A stretch of DNA of 64,000 nt from an uncultured Alphaproteobacteria bacterium (GCA_963789405.1 CAWBKL010000005.1:455976-519975), one strand, 5' to 3'; numbered from the stretch's first letter, positions 1 through 10,702 are shown. Numbers and translations: made by a program. Notes: generated by a model not told the origin, from the sequence alone.

Positions 1-996
1 AAAGATCGAAGCGATGGAGTTGGTCGAGGTCTGCTCGCCCTTTTGGTAATTGCGATAGTGGCGCGTGACGGTGCCGTGCGCGGCTTCCGCCTCCACGGTG
101 CGGCCATCCGGCGACATGAGAACGCTCGTCATCAGGCCCAGCGAGCCATAGCCCTGCGCGACAGTATCGGATTGCACATCGCCGTCGTAATTCTTGCACG
201 CCCAGACATAGCCGCCTTCCCATTTCAACGCGCGGCCACCATATCGTCGATCAGGCGGTGCTCATAAGTCAGCTTCTTCGCTGCGAACTTGTCCTTGAAT
301 TCCTTTTCGAAGATATCTGCAAAGATGTCCTTGAACCGCCCGTCATAGGCTTTGACGATCGTGTTCTTGGTCGAGAGATAAAGCGGATAGCCGCGACCCA
401 GCGCATAATTCATCGAGGCGCGCGCAAAATCCGTGATCGATTGATCGAGATTATACATCGCCATCAACACGCCCGCGCCCGGGAAAGTTGAAGATCTCGC
501 GCTCGATCACCTTGCCGTCTTCGCCTTCCCATTTGAGCGTCGCCTTACCCTTGCCGGGAACGAGAAAGTCCGTCGCCTTGTATTGATCGCCGAAAGCATG
601 GCGGCCGATGATGATCGGCTTGGTCCAGCCCGGCACGAGGCGCGGCACATTCTTGCAGATGATCGGCTCGCGAAAGATCACGCCGCCGAAAATGTTGCGG
701 ATCGTGCCGTTCGGCGAGGGGTACATGCGCTTGAGATCGAACTCTTTGACGCGCGCCTCGTCCGGCGTGATGGTCGCGCATTTGACGCCGACGCCGTATT
801 TCTTGATCGCATTCGCCGCCTCGACGGTGATCTTGTCGTCGGTCTCGTCGCGCTTCTCGATGCCGAGGTCATAATATTCGAGCTTGACGTCGACGAAGGG
901 CAGGATCAGCTTCTCTTTGATCAGTGCCCAGATGATTCGGGTCATCTCGTCGCCGTCGATCTCGACAACAGGGTTAGCCACCTTGATCTTGGCCAT
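1..996 (-). CDS. icd: NADP-dependent isocitrate dehydrogenase; 5' two-thirds only, gene runs off the window start; two apparent 1-nt frameshifts (~470 and ~240)
   Basis: ORF 451..1233 translates [23 protein letters not shown]...FNFPGRG; continuation [35 protein letters not shown]...[11 protein letters not shown] in a second frame (225..470) and [17 protein letters not shown] in a third. Classic prokaryotic monomer-type-I IDH sequence. Frame changes sit at cccggg and gccgcgcg runs. Confidence 0.85.
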
Positions 997-1088
997 GATC
1001 GGAAATCCCTTAGAAGGCAGGCGGAAATTGCCGGGAGGGAGCAAGCCTCTAACCACCATGCTATATCCTGCCCTTCGCGCGTCAAACA

Positions 1089-1911
1089 ATGGTGAACGCC
1101 GCCGCATGGGATAAGTCAGTGTCAGGTACCGATCGATCAAAGCCGGATTTAAGTAAAGAAGCGGAGGGCGAAGGCGCGCCCAAGCCGGTCGTCGTTCTGG
1201 TCGAGACGCAGCTTGGGGAAAACATCGGCGCATCCGCCCGCGCCATGGCGAATTTCGGGCTGGGTGCGCTCCGCCTGGTGCGCCCGCGCGATGGCTGGCC
1301 GAGCGAGAAGGCTGAAGCCACTTCGTCCGGCGCGCTTGGCGCGGTCAATCAGGTGGAGGTATTCGGAGACGAACGTGCAGCCATCGCCGATTGCCCGCGT
1401 GTCTATGCCACCACGGCTCGCCCGCGCGAGCTGACCAAGCCGGTGATCACGCCGGAGCGCGCGGCGGCCGAGATCAGGGAGCTTGCCGCCGCCGGAACGC
1501 GCTCGGCAATTATGTTCGGCGGTGAGCGCGCCGGCCTCACCAATGATCAGATCTCGCTCGCCGACCGGCTGATTTCAGTGCCGGTCAATCCCGGCTTTGC
1601 CTCACTCAACCTGGCTCAGGCGGTTCTGGTTGTGGCTTATGAGTGGTTCAAGCAGGGCGCGGACGCAGCGCCGGAACATATGCCGGTGGGCCCGCGCGGG
1701 ATGGCGAGCCGCGATGCTGTTCACGGGCTGCTTGATCATTTGGAGGCGGAACTTGAGAATGCGCATTTCTTTTTTCCGCCCGAGAAGAGAGCCCCATATG
1801 GTGCGCAATATCAGGTCGGTTGTTCTGCGGGCAGACATGTCGGACCAGGAAGTGCGCACTTGGCGCGGCATCGTCAAAGCGCTCGCCAATGGCCCAAAGC
1901 GGAAGAAGTGA
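1089..1911 (+). CDS. tRNA 2'-O-methyltransferase, SpoU/TrmH class (TrmJ-like); frameshift ~1780 in a ttcttttttcc run
   Basis: [33 protein letters not shown]...[44 protein letters not shown] matches TrmJ. True C-terminus ([38 protein letters not shown]) is in ORF 1597..1911. Confidence 0.7.
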
Positions 1912-2725
1912 TGAGCCGGCCGGTCTTGGTCTTCGACTCTGGTGTCGGCGGGCTGACCGTTCTCCGCGAAATTCATAAGCTGCTGCCGGAAGTCTCGACC
2001 GTGTTTGTTGCCGATACGGCGATGTTTCCCTATGGCGGCTGGCCCCTGAGGTCCTGGTTGCTCGGGTAGGGCGCGTGCTGGGTGAAATGATTGCGCGCTT
2101 TGATCCGGCCGTTGTGGTCATTGCATGCAACACTGCTTCGACGCTCGCGCTGCCTGCCTTGCGCGCGAAGAACGAAATTCCGTTTGTCGGAACGGTTCCA
2201 GCGATCAAGCCTGCGGCGGCAGCAACCAAGTCCGGGCTCATCAGCGTGCTTGCAACGCCCGGCACGGTGAAGCGTGATTACACGGCTGATCTCATCCGCC
2301 AATTCGCCGCCACTTGCGACGTCACCATGGTCGGCAGCGAAAACCTCGCCTCGCTGGCCGAAGCGCATCTGCGCGGCGAGCTTGTGAGCGATGAGGATAT
2401 CGCGCGCGAGACCGCGCCTTGCTTCGTCGAACGAAAGGGTAAGCGCACAGACACAGTCGTTCTTGCTTGCACGCATTACCCGCTCTTGCTCTCCGCTTTC
2501 GAGCGCTTAGCGCCGTGGCCTGTCGCATGGATCGACGCCGCGCCCGCCATCGCCCGCCGCGTCAAGGATGTTTTGCCGGAAGATGCGCGCGCGCAGGCGG
2601 AGGCGCCGCGCCATCGCGGCATCGTTACTTCGAACGGCCCTACCGTTGCGGCGCTTGTGCCGGCCTTTGCGCGCTTTGGGCTCGAAGCGCCTGAAATCGT
2701 GCCGGTTCCGGGCGAAACCTCCTGA
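1911..2725 (+). CDS. murI: glutamate racemase; frameshift ~2040
   Basis: [21 protein letters not shown]...[12 protein letters not shown] then [32 protein letters not shown]...[11 protein letters not shown] in ORF 2075..2725. ATGA overlap with the upstream gene's stop. Confidence 0.8.
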
Positions 2726-2785
2726 TCTTGATCAAATTCGCCCCGCGTCCCCGCTGTTAGGCTCACCAGAGCCAAGGAGGCAGCC

Positions 2786-3349
2786 ATGAAGATCCTCATT
2801 CTTTACGGCACAACCGAGGGCCAGACCCACAAGATTGCCGAGTTCGCTGCTGAGCGCCTACGGGCGCATGGTGATGAAGTTTCGCTCATCGACGCGTCGG
2901 CCGGACAGGCGCCGGACCCTGCCGCGTTCAATGCCGCGATCCTCGCCGCCTCGATTCACGTCGGCCAATATCAGAAGCCCGTAATCGCCTATGCGCGCGC
3001 GCACGCGAGCGCTCTCAATGCCATGCCGTCGATGTTTCTCTCAGTTTCGCTGGCGGCGGCGGGAACCGATCAGGAGGATCTCGACGGCATCGCCAAATGC
3101 GCTGCGGACTTCCTCGCCGAGACCGGCTGGCAAAAGGCCGAGATACACCATATTGCCGGGGCCTTCCGCTTCTCGGAATACGACTTCTTCAAGGCCTGGG
3201 TGATGCGTCTGATCGCGCGGTCGAAAAAGGTAAAGCTCAAGCCCGGCGAGGATCTTGAGCTCACCGATTGGGAGGCGCTCGGCGGCTTGGTTGAGGCCTT
3301 TCGGGCCCGCCTTGTGCCGCCCGGCTCAGGCCGGCTCAGGGCGGTTTGA
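2786..3349 (+). CDS. flavodoxin-like protein, HemG-type menaquinone-dependent protoporphyrinogen oxidase-like
   Basis: 187 aa. MKILILYGTTEGQTHKIAEF...ASIHVGQY...LNAMPSMFLSVSLAA...IAGAFRFSEYDFFKAWVMRLIA...LTDWEAL parallels E. coli HemG along its whole length. Confidence 0.6.
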   Translation: MKILILYGTTEGQTHKIAEFAAERLRAHGDEVSLIDASAGQAPDPAAFNAAILAASIHVGQYQKPVIAYARAHASALNAMPSMFLSVSLAAAGTDQEDLDGIAKCAADFLAETGWQKAEIHHIAGAFRFSEYDFFKAWVMRLIARSKKVKLKPGEDLELTDWEALGGLVEAFRARLVPPGSGRLRAV

Positions 3350-3511
3350 CACCGGCCCTGGCCCACCGCTAGAACACGCCCCTTCGCGGAAGGCTTGCCC
3401 ATCCGCGGCTTATTATAACCCGTGGCGCCGAATAAGGCGCCTGTCGGCCGGTTTCCGGCAGAGGAGGGGGCTTCAGGCAATTCCGCTTTGGGGCTCTGGA
3501 AAGGAAGAAAG

Positions 3512-4129
3512 ATGACGAAGCGCGCACCCGCGAAATACAAAATCGACCGCCGCCTTGGCGAAAATCTCTGGGGCCGCCCCAAGAGCCCGCACAACTCCCG
3601 TCAAACCCCGCCCGGCCAGCACGGCGCCCGGCGCCGGGGCAAGCTCTCCGACTTCGGTACGCAGCTCAAGGCCAAGCAGAAGCTGAAGGGCTATTACGGC
3701 AATATCGGCGAGCGGCAGTTCCGAAAATATTATGACGAGGCGCGCCGCCATCCCGGCGACACAGGCGAGAACATGATCGGCATCTTGGAGCGCCGGCTCG
3801 ATGCGATTGTCTATCGCGCGAAGTTCGCGCCGACTGTTTTCTCCTCGCGCCAGCTCGTGAACCACGGCCATGTTGCGGTTAATGGCCGGCGCGTGACCAT
3901 ACCGAGCTATCTTTGCAAGGCGGGCGACAAGATCGAGCTTCGCCAAAAAGCGCGCGAGATGGCGCTGGTAATCGAGGCGCTCGAACTGCCGGAGCGTGAC
4001 GCGCCTGATTATGTCGATGTCGACCGCGCAAAAATGACGGCGACATTCGTGCGCGTCCCGGCCTTTGGCGATGTGCCTTATCCGGTGCACATGGAACCCA
4101 ACCTCGTGGTCGAGTTCTATTCGCGCTAG
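3512..4129 (+). CDS. rpsD: 30S ribosomal protein S4
   Basis: [38 protein letters not shown]...[15 protein letters not shown]...[37 protein letters not shown], 205 aa. Confidence 0.95.
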   Translation: MTKRAPAKYKIDRRLGENLWGRPKSPHNSRQTPPGQHGARRRGKLSDFGTQLKAKQKLKGYYGNIGERQFRKYYDEARRHPGDTGENMIGILERRLDAIVYRAKFAPTVFSSRQLVNHGHVAVNGRRVTIPSYLCKAGDKIELRQKAREMALVIEALELPERDAPDYVDVDRAKMTATFVRVPAFGDVPYPVHMEPNLVVEFYSR

Positions 4130-4144
4130 TTTTGCGAATTTGTC

Positions 4145-4167
4145 ATGCTCGGACTTGTTCCGAGCAT
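4145..4167 (+). terminator. stem-loop downstream of rpsD (atgctcgga-cttgt-tccgagcat)
   Basis: Perfect 9-bp inverted repeat 15 bp after the rpsD stop. No clear T-tract, which is common in high-GC genomes. Confidence 0.45.
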
Positions 4168-4239
4168 CCAGGATAGGTCTCCTAAGTGACTGAATCTTCG
4201 GGACAGGCTCGAGGATGACGGGCAGGAGGTCCTCTGCAG

Positions 4240-4866
4240 ATGTACACGCTCTTCGGCGCCAAACGTTCCGGCTCGGCGATGGTCGAGGCGGCGCTTGCCG
4301 AAACCGGTGCGCCTTACGAGGTTACGGCCGTCAATCTCGAAACCGATGAGCAGCGCGGGCCGGCTTACCGCAAGCTCAATCCGACCGGGAAGATCCCGGC
4401 ACTGGTTCTGCCGTCCGGCGCGGTAATGTCGGAATCGGCGGCAATGTTGATTACGCTCGCCGAGCGTCATCCGGAGGCGCATCTGCTGCCGACGATGGGA
4501 TCGGATGAGCGCGCCCAGGCTTTGCGTTGGCTCGTCACGATCGTTGCGGAAATCTATCCGATGATCGAGATCCGCGATTATCCCAAGCGCTTCGCAATCG
4601 GCGAGAAGAACGAAGAAACAATCATCAATGTTGCGCGGAATCGCGCGCGCGAGCGCTGGCTTGCACTTGAAGCGGCGGTTGCCGGATCGCCTTGGCTCTT
4701 GCCGACGGGCTTTTCCATCACCGATCTTGCGATCGCTAACGTATCGCGTTGGACGATCGGCAAGGATTGGCGCATGGCCAATCTGCCGAAGATCGAGGCG
4801 ATCGATGCGGCGATTCTTGCGCGGCCCAAGGCTGGCAAAGTCTGGGCAAATCACTTCAATATTTGA
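4240..4866 (+). CDS. glutathione S-transferase family protein
   Basis: N-terminal thioredoxin-like GST fold (YTLFGAKRSGSAMVEAALAETGAPYEV...KLNPTGKIPALVLPSGAVMSESAAMLITL) and a C-terminal helical domain. Confidence 0.75.
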   Translation: MYTLFGAKRSGSAMVEAALAETGAPYEVTAVNLETDEQRGPAYRKLNPTGKIPALVLPSGAVMSESAAMLITLAERHPEAHLLPTMGSDERAQALRWLVTIVAEIYPMIEIRDYPKRFAIGEKNEETIINVARNRARERWLALEAAVAGSPWLLPTGFSITDLAIANVSRWTIGKDWRMANLPKIEAIDAAILARPKAGKVWANHFNI

Positions 4867-4869
4867 GTC

Positions 4870-5376
4870 TCAATCATTGTCGCCGCCTGCCACGAAGCAC
4901 GCGACATCTGCGGGATTAAGCTTGACGAATTTGCCCGTCGTGAGATCGACCTTATAGGCCCAATCGCTCGGGGCCTTGGCTTGCTCTGCGGGATCTTCCA
5001 CGACAGCCAGGACAGAAGAATCGAACTCACCTTTGAATATGCATGTCGACGCGATCAGCACGCGCCTCTCGCTCGTGCGTGGATAGGTGAGCACATCGGT
5101 GATGAGCCAGCGCGCGCGACCGGATTCATCCAACCCCTGATAGCGGCCGGCGCGAAGCAGAAGCGGTTTGCCGCTCGCATCCGACAGGGTGCCGACGGAA
5201 TATTCGCAAGCGTGCGAACCCCCAACGCATCCGCCGAAATTCTCCGACAGGCCTTGGGGGTAGGGTGGAACAATTGAGCCGGCCACCGTCGGCAGTGCTT
5301 CAGCCCGAGCGCACCATATGAGGCTGACCGCCGCCGCGAGCCAAGGCGTTCGCGGTGAGCTCCAGTGAAGCTTCAT
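4870..5376 (-). CDS. hypothetical secreted Cys-containing protein
   Basis: 168 aa ORF with an N-terminal signal peptide (MKLHWSSPRTPWLAAAVSLIWCARAEA). No recognisable domain. Confidence 0.4.
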   Translation of the reverse strand: MKLHWSSPRTPWLAAAVSLIWCARAEALPTVAGSIVPPYPQGLSENFGGCVGGSHACEYSVGTLSDASGKPLLLRAGRYQGLDESGRARWLITDVLTYPRTSERRVLIASTCIFKGEFDSSVLAVVEDPAEQAKAPSDWAYKVDLTTGKFVKLNPADVACFVAGGDND

Positions 5377-5379
5377 CGG

Positions 5380-5706
5380 CTAGGCTTCGACGGCGATGCC
5401 TTTTTCGGCGAGGAAGTCCTTGAGCTCGCCTTCTTCGAACATCTCGCGCACGATATCGCAGCCGCCGACAAACTCGCCTTTGACGTAAAGCTGCGGAATA
5501 GTCGGCCAGTTCGAGAAGGTCTTGATGCCCTGGCGAATCTCGTCGCTCGCCAGCACATTCACGCTCTTATAGGGCACACCCAGATAAGTCAGGATCTGCA
5601 CGACCGCATTGGAGAATCCGCACTGAGGAAATTGCGGCGTGCCCTTCATGAACAGGACGACCTCGTTGTCCTTGACGGTGTTGGCAATCTGCTCCTGAAC
5701 GCTCAT
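5380..5706 (-). CDS. grxD: monothiol glutaredoxin (CGFS-type, Grx4 family)
   Basis: [24 protein letters not shown]...[23 protein letters not shown], 108 aa. Confidence 0.9.
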   Translation of the reverse strand: MSVQEQIANTVKDNEVVLFMKGTPQFPQCGFSNAVVQILTYLGVPYKSVNVLASDEIRQGIKTFSNWPTIPQLYVKGEFVGGCDIVREMFEEGELKDFLAEKGIAVEA

Positions 5707-5800
5707 TTCCGGCTCTCCTTGGCGGCGAGAGAACGGCCGCCCACCCAGCGAAAATGGGAGAGTGGCCCTTCAAGGTCAATGCCTGGCGGGGTGATGGCGG

Positions 5801-6862
5801 CTACGCGCGCACCTCGTAAACCAAGTTGAAGGGCGTCTCGGTGGCGCGCCGGAAGCTCTTGAAGCCAGCCTCTTCGGTCACTTTCCTCATGCGCGCTTCG
5901 CCGGCCTGGGCGCCAAGCGCAAGACCCACTTCCTGGGACTTGGACGCTGGCGTGCAGATCATTGTCGAGGCCGAGTAGAAGATGCGTCCGATGGGATTGA
6001 GATTGTCCCTTAGATCGTCATTGGCGAACGGCTCGACGATCATCCATGTTCCGCCCTCGCCGAGCGTCTCCTTCACGTGCTTGCCGGCGCCGACCGGATC
6101 GCCCATGTCGTGCAGGCAATCGAACATCGCAACGAGATCGTAGCTGTTCGACGGAAAATCCTTCGCGGCTGCACGCTCGAAACTGACGCGGTCCGCAACG
6201 CCGGCCTCTTGCGCAAGCTCTCGCGCACGCACGAGCGAAGGCTCGTGATAATCGAAGCCGTAGAATTTCGATTTCGGGAAGGCTTGCGCCATCACGATCG
6301 TTGATGCGCCATGACCGCAGCCGACATCGGCAACCGCGGCACCGCGCTCAAGCTTCTCCTTCACGCCATTGAGCGCAGGGATCCAGGACGGAACGAGATT
6401 GGCATTGTAGCCGGGGCGGAAGAAGCGCTCCGTGCCGCGAAACAGGCACTGATGATGTTCATGCCAGCCGACTCCCTCGCCGGTCTTGAAAGCCTCCTCG
6501 ATCTTCGGCTCGTCCAGCCAAATGGCGTGCGCTGATTCAAAAGCACCGCCGAAGAAAGCGGGGCTGCCTTCCTCCGCAAAGGCCATTGCCTGCTCGGCAT
6601 TGAGCGAAAAAGCCTTCTTCGCCGGATCGTAGTCGACATAACCGGCGGCCGCCTGCGCTGACAGCCATTCACGCAGATAGCGCGCATCAAGGCCGGTTTT
6701 CTCGGCGAGCGTCTCGGGCGTGTATTCCGTTCCGTCAGCCATCGCCTTATAGATACCGAGCCGGTCGCCGAGCACGACAAGCGCGCCGCTCATGACGGCG
6801 CCCATATCGCCTAACAGCCTGCCAACCAACGCATTGAGCTTGCCTTCGTCAGGTTTCCGCAT
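5801..6862 (-). CDS. class I SAM-dependent methyltransferase with N-terminal winged-helix dimerisation domain
   Basis: Motif I DVGCGHGASTIVMAQAFP. Acidic motif-II region FDYHEPSLVRARE. N-terminal helical/HTH-like segment as in O-MTase-type enzymes. Confidence 0.65.
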   Translation of the reverse strand: MRKPDEGKLNALVGRLLGDMGAVMSGALVVLGDRLGIYKAMADGTEYTPETLAEKTGLDARYLREWLSAQAAAGYVDYDPAKKAFSLNAEQAMAFAEEGSPAFFGGAFESAHAIWLDEPKIEEAFKTGEGVGWHEHHQCLFRGTERFFRPGYNANLVPSWIPALNGVKEKLERGAAVADVGCGHGASTIVMAQAFPKSKFYGFDYHEPSLVRARELAQEAGVADRVSFERAAAKDFPSNSYDLVAMFDCLHDMGDPVGAGKHVKETLGEGGTWMIVEPFANDDLRDNLNPIGRIFYSASTMICTPASKSQEVGLALGAQAGEARMRKVTEEAGFKSFRRATETPFNLVYEVRA

Positions 6863-6892
6863 GGTCGCTCTCCCTCTGTTGGAGCGCGGGAT

Positions 6893-7819
6893 CTATCGCG
6901 GGCCGCCTTGTTGCATATTTTGGATTGGTAGTCCGGCCATCTTCCACGACTCTATACCGCCGCGGTACCACAACACATTTGTGTAGCCCAGATTGATCGC
7001 GCGCAGGGACGCATTATACGACATCCAGCACTCTGGAGAGAGACAATACAGGACGAGCGGATAGTCCTTTTGGCCACGCGTTGCTTGTTGCAGAAATTGT
7101 CCGAACTGCTGCTCAGTTTGATCGTTGAATGTTCCCGGCTGAGACGCTGGCACGGCATATTGCGAGCCGGGGATCACCTCGGGTCCGCCGAGAATGTCGA
7201 GCAGCAGATACGGCGCCTGCTTGCCGTTCACAAGCGAGACGAGACCTTTCGTTGTGATCACTTGCCCGCCCGGGATTGAGGCCGGCGTTGGACCGTGCAT
7301 CTCGCCATCGTGAAGTTGCTTGGTCGGCTTCACGCCGAAATCCTTGCGTTCCAGCTGCATGAGCTGATCGAGATTCATGCCCCGAGCTTGCAGTCCTTGC
7401 TGTGGAAAGCCTTGCCCTGGGCCGCCCTGCTGCGGGGATCCGCCGCCCTGAGCTTGAGGATAGCCCTGCTGCGGCATTCCCTGCTGCGGATAGCCCTGTT
7501 GCGGGTATCCACCTTGCTGCTGAGGATATCCCTGCTGCGCTGGAGCTTGATATTCGCCTTGCTGTTGCGGATAGCCGCCCTGCTGCGGATAGCCGTTCTG
7601 CGGTGCATATCCACCTTGCTGCGGATATCCCTGCTGCGCTGGAGCTTGATATTCGCCTTGCTGCTGCTGCGGATATCCACCCTGTTGCGGAGGAGACTGC
7701 TGATAGTTTGGCTGTTGAGGAGGAGGCCCGCCGAAAGTGTTCTGCGCGAGCGCGGCGCCAACAAGGCACAAGCAAGCGCCTGCGCTCAGAAGGACAATTC
7801 TCAGTGGACGGATGTTCAT
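6893..7819 (-). CDS. secreted protein: signal peptide, long Q/G/Y/P-rich repeat region (GYPQQ units), C-terminal rhodanese-like domain with CLSPECW motif
   Basis: [25 protein letters not shown] signal. About 130 aa of low complexity. C-terminal ...[47 protein letters not shown] resembles the rhodanese fold. 4-nt overlap with the upstream lipoprotein gene. Confidence 0.6.
   Translation of the reverse strand: MNIRPLRIVLLSAGACLCLVGAALAQNTFGGPPPQQPNYQQSPPQQGGYPQQQQGEYQAPAQQGYPQQGGYAPQNGYPQQGGYPQQQGEYQAPAQQGYPQQQGGYPQQGYPQQGMPQQGYPQAQGGGSPQQGGPGQGFPQQGLQARGMNLDQLMQLERKDFGVKPTKQLHDGEMHGPTPASIPGGQVITTKGLVSLVNGKQAPYLLLDILGGPEVIPGSQYAVPASQPGTFNDQTEQQFGQFLQQATRGQKDYPLVLYCLSPECWMSYNASLRAINLGYTNVLWYRGGIESWKMAGLPIQNMQQGGPR
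7510..7712. repeat. tandem duplication, about 101-bp unit x2, inside the Q-rich coding region; the broader low-complexity CAG/CTG-rich stretch spans 7380..7735
   Basis: ccaccttgctgc(t)gaggatatccctgctgcgctggagcttgatattcgccttgctg appears at 7510 and again at 7611. Confidence 0.75.
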
Positions 7820-9045
7820 TGTGTTGGCTCCAATTTCGTGCCGTCTTGGCCTGTAGCGGCGTAAGGATTGAATGACGGGTCGTCCGTCAAGACGTAGCTG
7901 CCATCATTGAGGCGGTAGGCATCGTTATATTGGTTCGAAAGCTCGACCGTGCCTGTCGTGCTCTGGGGATCGTTGTAGGTCTCGACGCCGCGGATCGCTT
8001 CGCTCGTCTCGCGTTGCATGTGATCCTGGATGGCATTTCTCTCTTCCCAGCCCTTCATCTGCATATCGCTGATCTCATTGCCGGTCTGAGCGATGATCTG
8101 CGAGCGCTTTCTCGATTCGCGCAACGCAGTGGCGTTCATTTGCGCCTGCGATTTGTTGATGCGCGCCTGCCATTGCGGGTCCAGCTTGAACGAGGAGCGG
8201 ATCAGCTCCGCGAGCTTGAAGTTGAGCTGGCCATTCGGGGCATGAAACGCATAGGCCGGCAGCGCTTGCGCCGATAGGGAATTCATTGTGCCGCCAGCCG
8301 GGTTCTGCATGTTGCTCGACGAGAAGACGACGACTGCGGCGATCGATTCGCGCTCGTCCGCGCCGTTATTGTTGTAGGCAATGAGCACTTCGCCGGCATC
8401 GACCCAGGTGCGCATGGAGCCCATCGCAGTCGGTGTGTTCTGCTCGAGCTGTTTGAGGCTTTTCAGAAGATCCGGGCGCGGACGAAAATCAAGGATGCGT
8501 GCGCCGGGCCGCTGCGTTTGCACGAGCCAGCCAAGATAATCATGCGCATTGTCCGCTCGGATCGGCGGGCAGCCGGGCGGGGTCGGCGCGCCGAAATTGT
8601 TCATCGACCAAGCGACGCCAGGAATAATTTGTGCGCCGGTCGCGCCATCGGGTGCTGTTGCGTTCCACTGAAACTGATAGCCCGAGCCGCATTGCGCCTG
8701 CACATTCCACACAACCCCGCCCTGCGCCTTCCAGCCGGCCGGAACGAGAATGGTCGCGGCCGTCATGGGCCGTTCGAAGCCGGAAGGGTCGACGATCTGC
8801 GCTGGGCGCAGCCTAATCGCGTCTTTTGGCAGGGCTTTGGCGCCGCCCTGCGGCGGCATCTGGCCCGGCGGCGCGCCGTTTGTGGCGTCCATCTGGGGCT
8901 CGCCATATTGCGCCCCGCCGTCGTCGGCGTCGTCCGCGTTCGATGAACTCTGGTTGCCGCATGCGGCAAGCAACAGTGCTGCCGCCGCCACAAGAAACTG
9001 TGCTCTCACGATAGCTCCCCCTTTCATTCGTGCCGCGCTTAGCAA
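7816..9045 (-). CDS. hypothetical lipoprotein (LAACG lipobox), 409 aa; first gene of a two-gene operon with the Q-rich rhodanese-like protein
   Basis: Signal peptide plus lipobox ([14 protein letters not shown]). Acidic, Gly-rich mature N-terminus. No recognisable domain. ATGA-type overlap with the downstream gene. Confidence 0.5.
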   Translation of the reverse strand: MLSAARMKGGAIVRAQFLVAAAALLLAACGNQSSSNADDADDGGAQYGEPQMDATNGAPPGQMPPQGGAKALPKDAIRLRPAQIVDPSGFERPMTAATILVPAGWKAQGGVVWNVQAQCGSGYQFQWNATAPDGATGAQIIPGVAWSMNNFGAPTPPGCPPIRADNAHDYLGWLVQTQRPGARILDFRPRPDLLKSLKQLEQNTPTAMGSMRTWVDAGEVLIAYNNNGADERESIAAVVVFSSSNMQNPAGGTMNSLSAQALPAYAFHAPNGQLNFKLAELIRSSFKLDPQWQARINKSQAQMNATALRESRKRSQIIAQTGNEISDMQMKGWEERNAIQDHMQRETSEAIRGVETYNDPQSTTGTVELSNQYNDAYRLNDGSYVLTDDPSFNPYAATGQDGTKLEPTQ

Positions 9046-9089
9046 GCTTAGCCGATTGGCGCCCCCGCGAAAACAGCGGGAACGGGCGG

Positions 9090-9320
9090 CTAAGGCACGC
9101 TGGTCTGCAACGCCAGCGCGTGCAACTCGTTGCCCATACGCCCCTTGAGCGCGTCATAAACCATCTGATGCTGCTGAACCCGCGTCTTACCCTTGAACGC
9201 CGCCGAAACAACGACCGCGGCATAATGATCGCCGTCGCCCTGCAAATCCTCGATCGTCACCTGGGCATCCGGAATGCCTTCCTTGATGAGCTTTTCGATC
9301 TCGGCCGGGTTCATCGCCAT
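9090..9320 (-). CDS. BolA family protein
   Basis: 76 aa; ...VTIEDLQGDGDHYAAVVVSAAFKGKTRVQQHQMVYDAL... fits the BolA/YrbA fold. Confidence 0.8.
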   Translation of the reverse strand: MAMNPAEIEKLIKEGIPDAQVTIEDLQGDGDHYAAVVVSAAFKGKTRVQQHQMVYDALKGRMGNELHALALQTSVP

Positions 9321-9413
9321 TGGACACCCTCATATTGCGCCCGGCGGCCCGGGACCCTATGACCAACGCCTCAGATGATGGTGCGCGCACCGCGCTGCTG
9401 CAAGAGATGGCTC

Positions 9414-10007
9414 ATGCTCGATCAGTTGAAAGCCAACAACCGGGACTGGGCTTCGGGCAAGGTTTCGGCCGACCCGGATTTCTTCAAGCGGCTCGAGCGC
9501 CAGCAGGCGCCCGAATATCTCTGGATCGGCTGCGCCGATAGCCGCGTGCCGGCCAACGACATTGTCGGGCTCGACCCGGGCGAATTGTTCGTCCACCGCA
9601 ATGTCGCCAATCTCGCGCCGCCCCAGGATGCGAACTATCTTTCCGTGCTGCAATTCGCGGTCGATGTCTTGAAGGTCAAGCATGTCATCGTTGTCGGCCA
9701 TTATGGCTGCGGCGGCGTCGCTGCTGCCGTGGATGGGCAAAGGCGCGGCCTTGTCGATCACTGGCTGCATCCGATTCGCGAGATCTATCAGGACAATCGG
9801 GCGGCGCTCGAAGCAATCGCTGATCAGCACGCGCGGCTCAACCGGCTGTGCGAGCTTAATGTGATGCGGCAAGTGAGGAATGTCGCTTCAGACGTCTTCG
9901 TCCAGCAAGCGTGGGCGCGCGGTCAGCCGCTTTCGGTGCATGGCTGGGTTTATGCGCTCAAGGATGGCCTGGTGAACGATCTCGGCGTTACTGTCAGCGG
10001 ACCCTGA
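9414..10007 (+). CDS. beta-class carbonic anhydrase
   Basis: CADSRVPANDIVGLDPGELFVHRNVANL and HYGCGGV motifs. The ORF could start earlier at 9375. Confidence 0.85.
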   Translation: MLDQLKANNRDWASGKVSADPDFFKRLERQQAPEYLWIGCADSRVPANDIVGLDPGELFVHRNVANLAPPQDANYLSVLQFAVDVLKVKHVIVVGHYGCGGVAAAVDGQRRGLVDHWLHPIREIYQDNRAALEAIADQHARLNRLCELNVMRQVRNVASDVFVQQAWARGQPLSVHGWVYALKDGLVNDLGVTVSGP

Positions 10008-10305
10008 AGTTCATTGCCTTCATTCGTTTCGATGCTTCGTTGCCATTCGTTGTCATCCTCCACCAGATAGCGGTTAGATGGGATCGAGCGTCACGCTCTT
10101 CAAGATCTGATCGACAAATAACTCCGTAGGCTGAAGTTTTCCCCGGTCCACCCATGGCTCAGGGGCGACTTTGGGGTCCGTTTTCCCCGATGACTCCTCT
10201 ACAATACCGGACTGGTTCGGATGTCGAACGGATTCTAGAATATGTTCCCGTTCGAGTGGTCCGCGACCTAGAGTCGACCCTCTTGTGGAGTTGGAATGTC
10301 AATCG

Positions 10306-10702
10306 ATGGGCTTGCTTGATAGGCTGTTTATCTACTCTTACGCGCTCATGCTGAGATCGCCCGCCCGCAACCGTCCTCACGCTTCCGCGATCATAAACGT
10401 CGCCGTGTCCGTCGGGATAAACCTATGGTGCTTGCTATTGCTGATCGGCGTATTCAGCCATCACGACTACCTTAGGGAGCTTGGAAAGCTCAGGATCGTG
10501 GCTGCCGGAACGGTACTTTGATGTGGCGATTTGCTACTACTTCGTTCGGCATAACCACAGCATTCGGCTCGTTGAAAGCACGCCAGAAGTTTATTCGACA
10601 CATACGTTTCTAATTGGGTTGGCGTTGACGGTGTGGAGTTATAGCTCATCATTCTTGTGCATTGCGCTTATCGTCTCTTTGTCTGCTGTTCGCATGTTGT
10701 AG
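10306..10702 (+). pseudogene. possible small membrane protein gene in a lower-GC stretch, split over two frames (break ~10500)
   Basis: ORF 10171..10521 (MGLLDRLFIYSYALMLR...INLWCLLLLIGVF...) continues in ORF 10481..10702 (FLIGLALTVWSYSSSFLCIALIVSLSAV). Local GC is about 50%. Confidence 0.25.

Noticed and set aside
583-1095. Long ORFs antisense to or out of frame within well-supported genes. Examples: 583..1095 in icd; 11141..12163 and 12212..13039 in purL; 13945..14886 in the MprF-like gene; 17618..18436; 24725..25483 and 26390..27670 in the A2M gene; 28717..29883 in pbpC; 51167..53026 across the EPS genes.
   Set aside because: High-GC genomes generate long spurious ORFs on the opposite strand. 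These have Arg/Ala/Pro-rich, low-information translations and no motifs, and each overlaps a gene with a clear family signature.
7113-7875. Alternative-frame ORFs through the CTG/CAG-rich repeat region (7113..7775, 7295..7864, 7375..7764, 7402..7875)
   Set aside because: These are artefacts of the trinucleotide-like repeat, which is open in all frames. Only the minus-strand frame has a signal peptide, links to the rhodanese-like domain, and is translationally coupled to the upstream gene.
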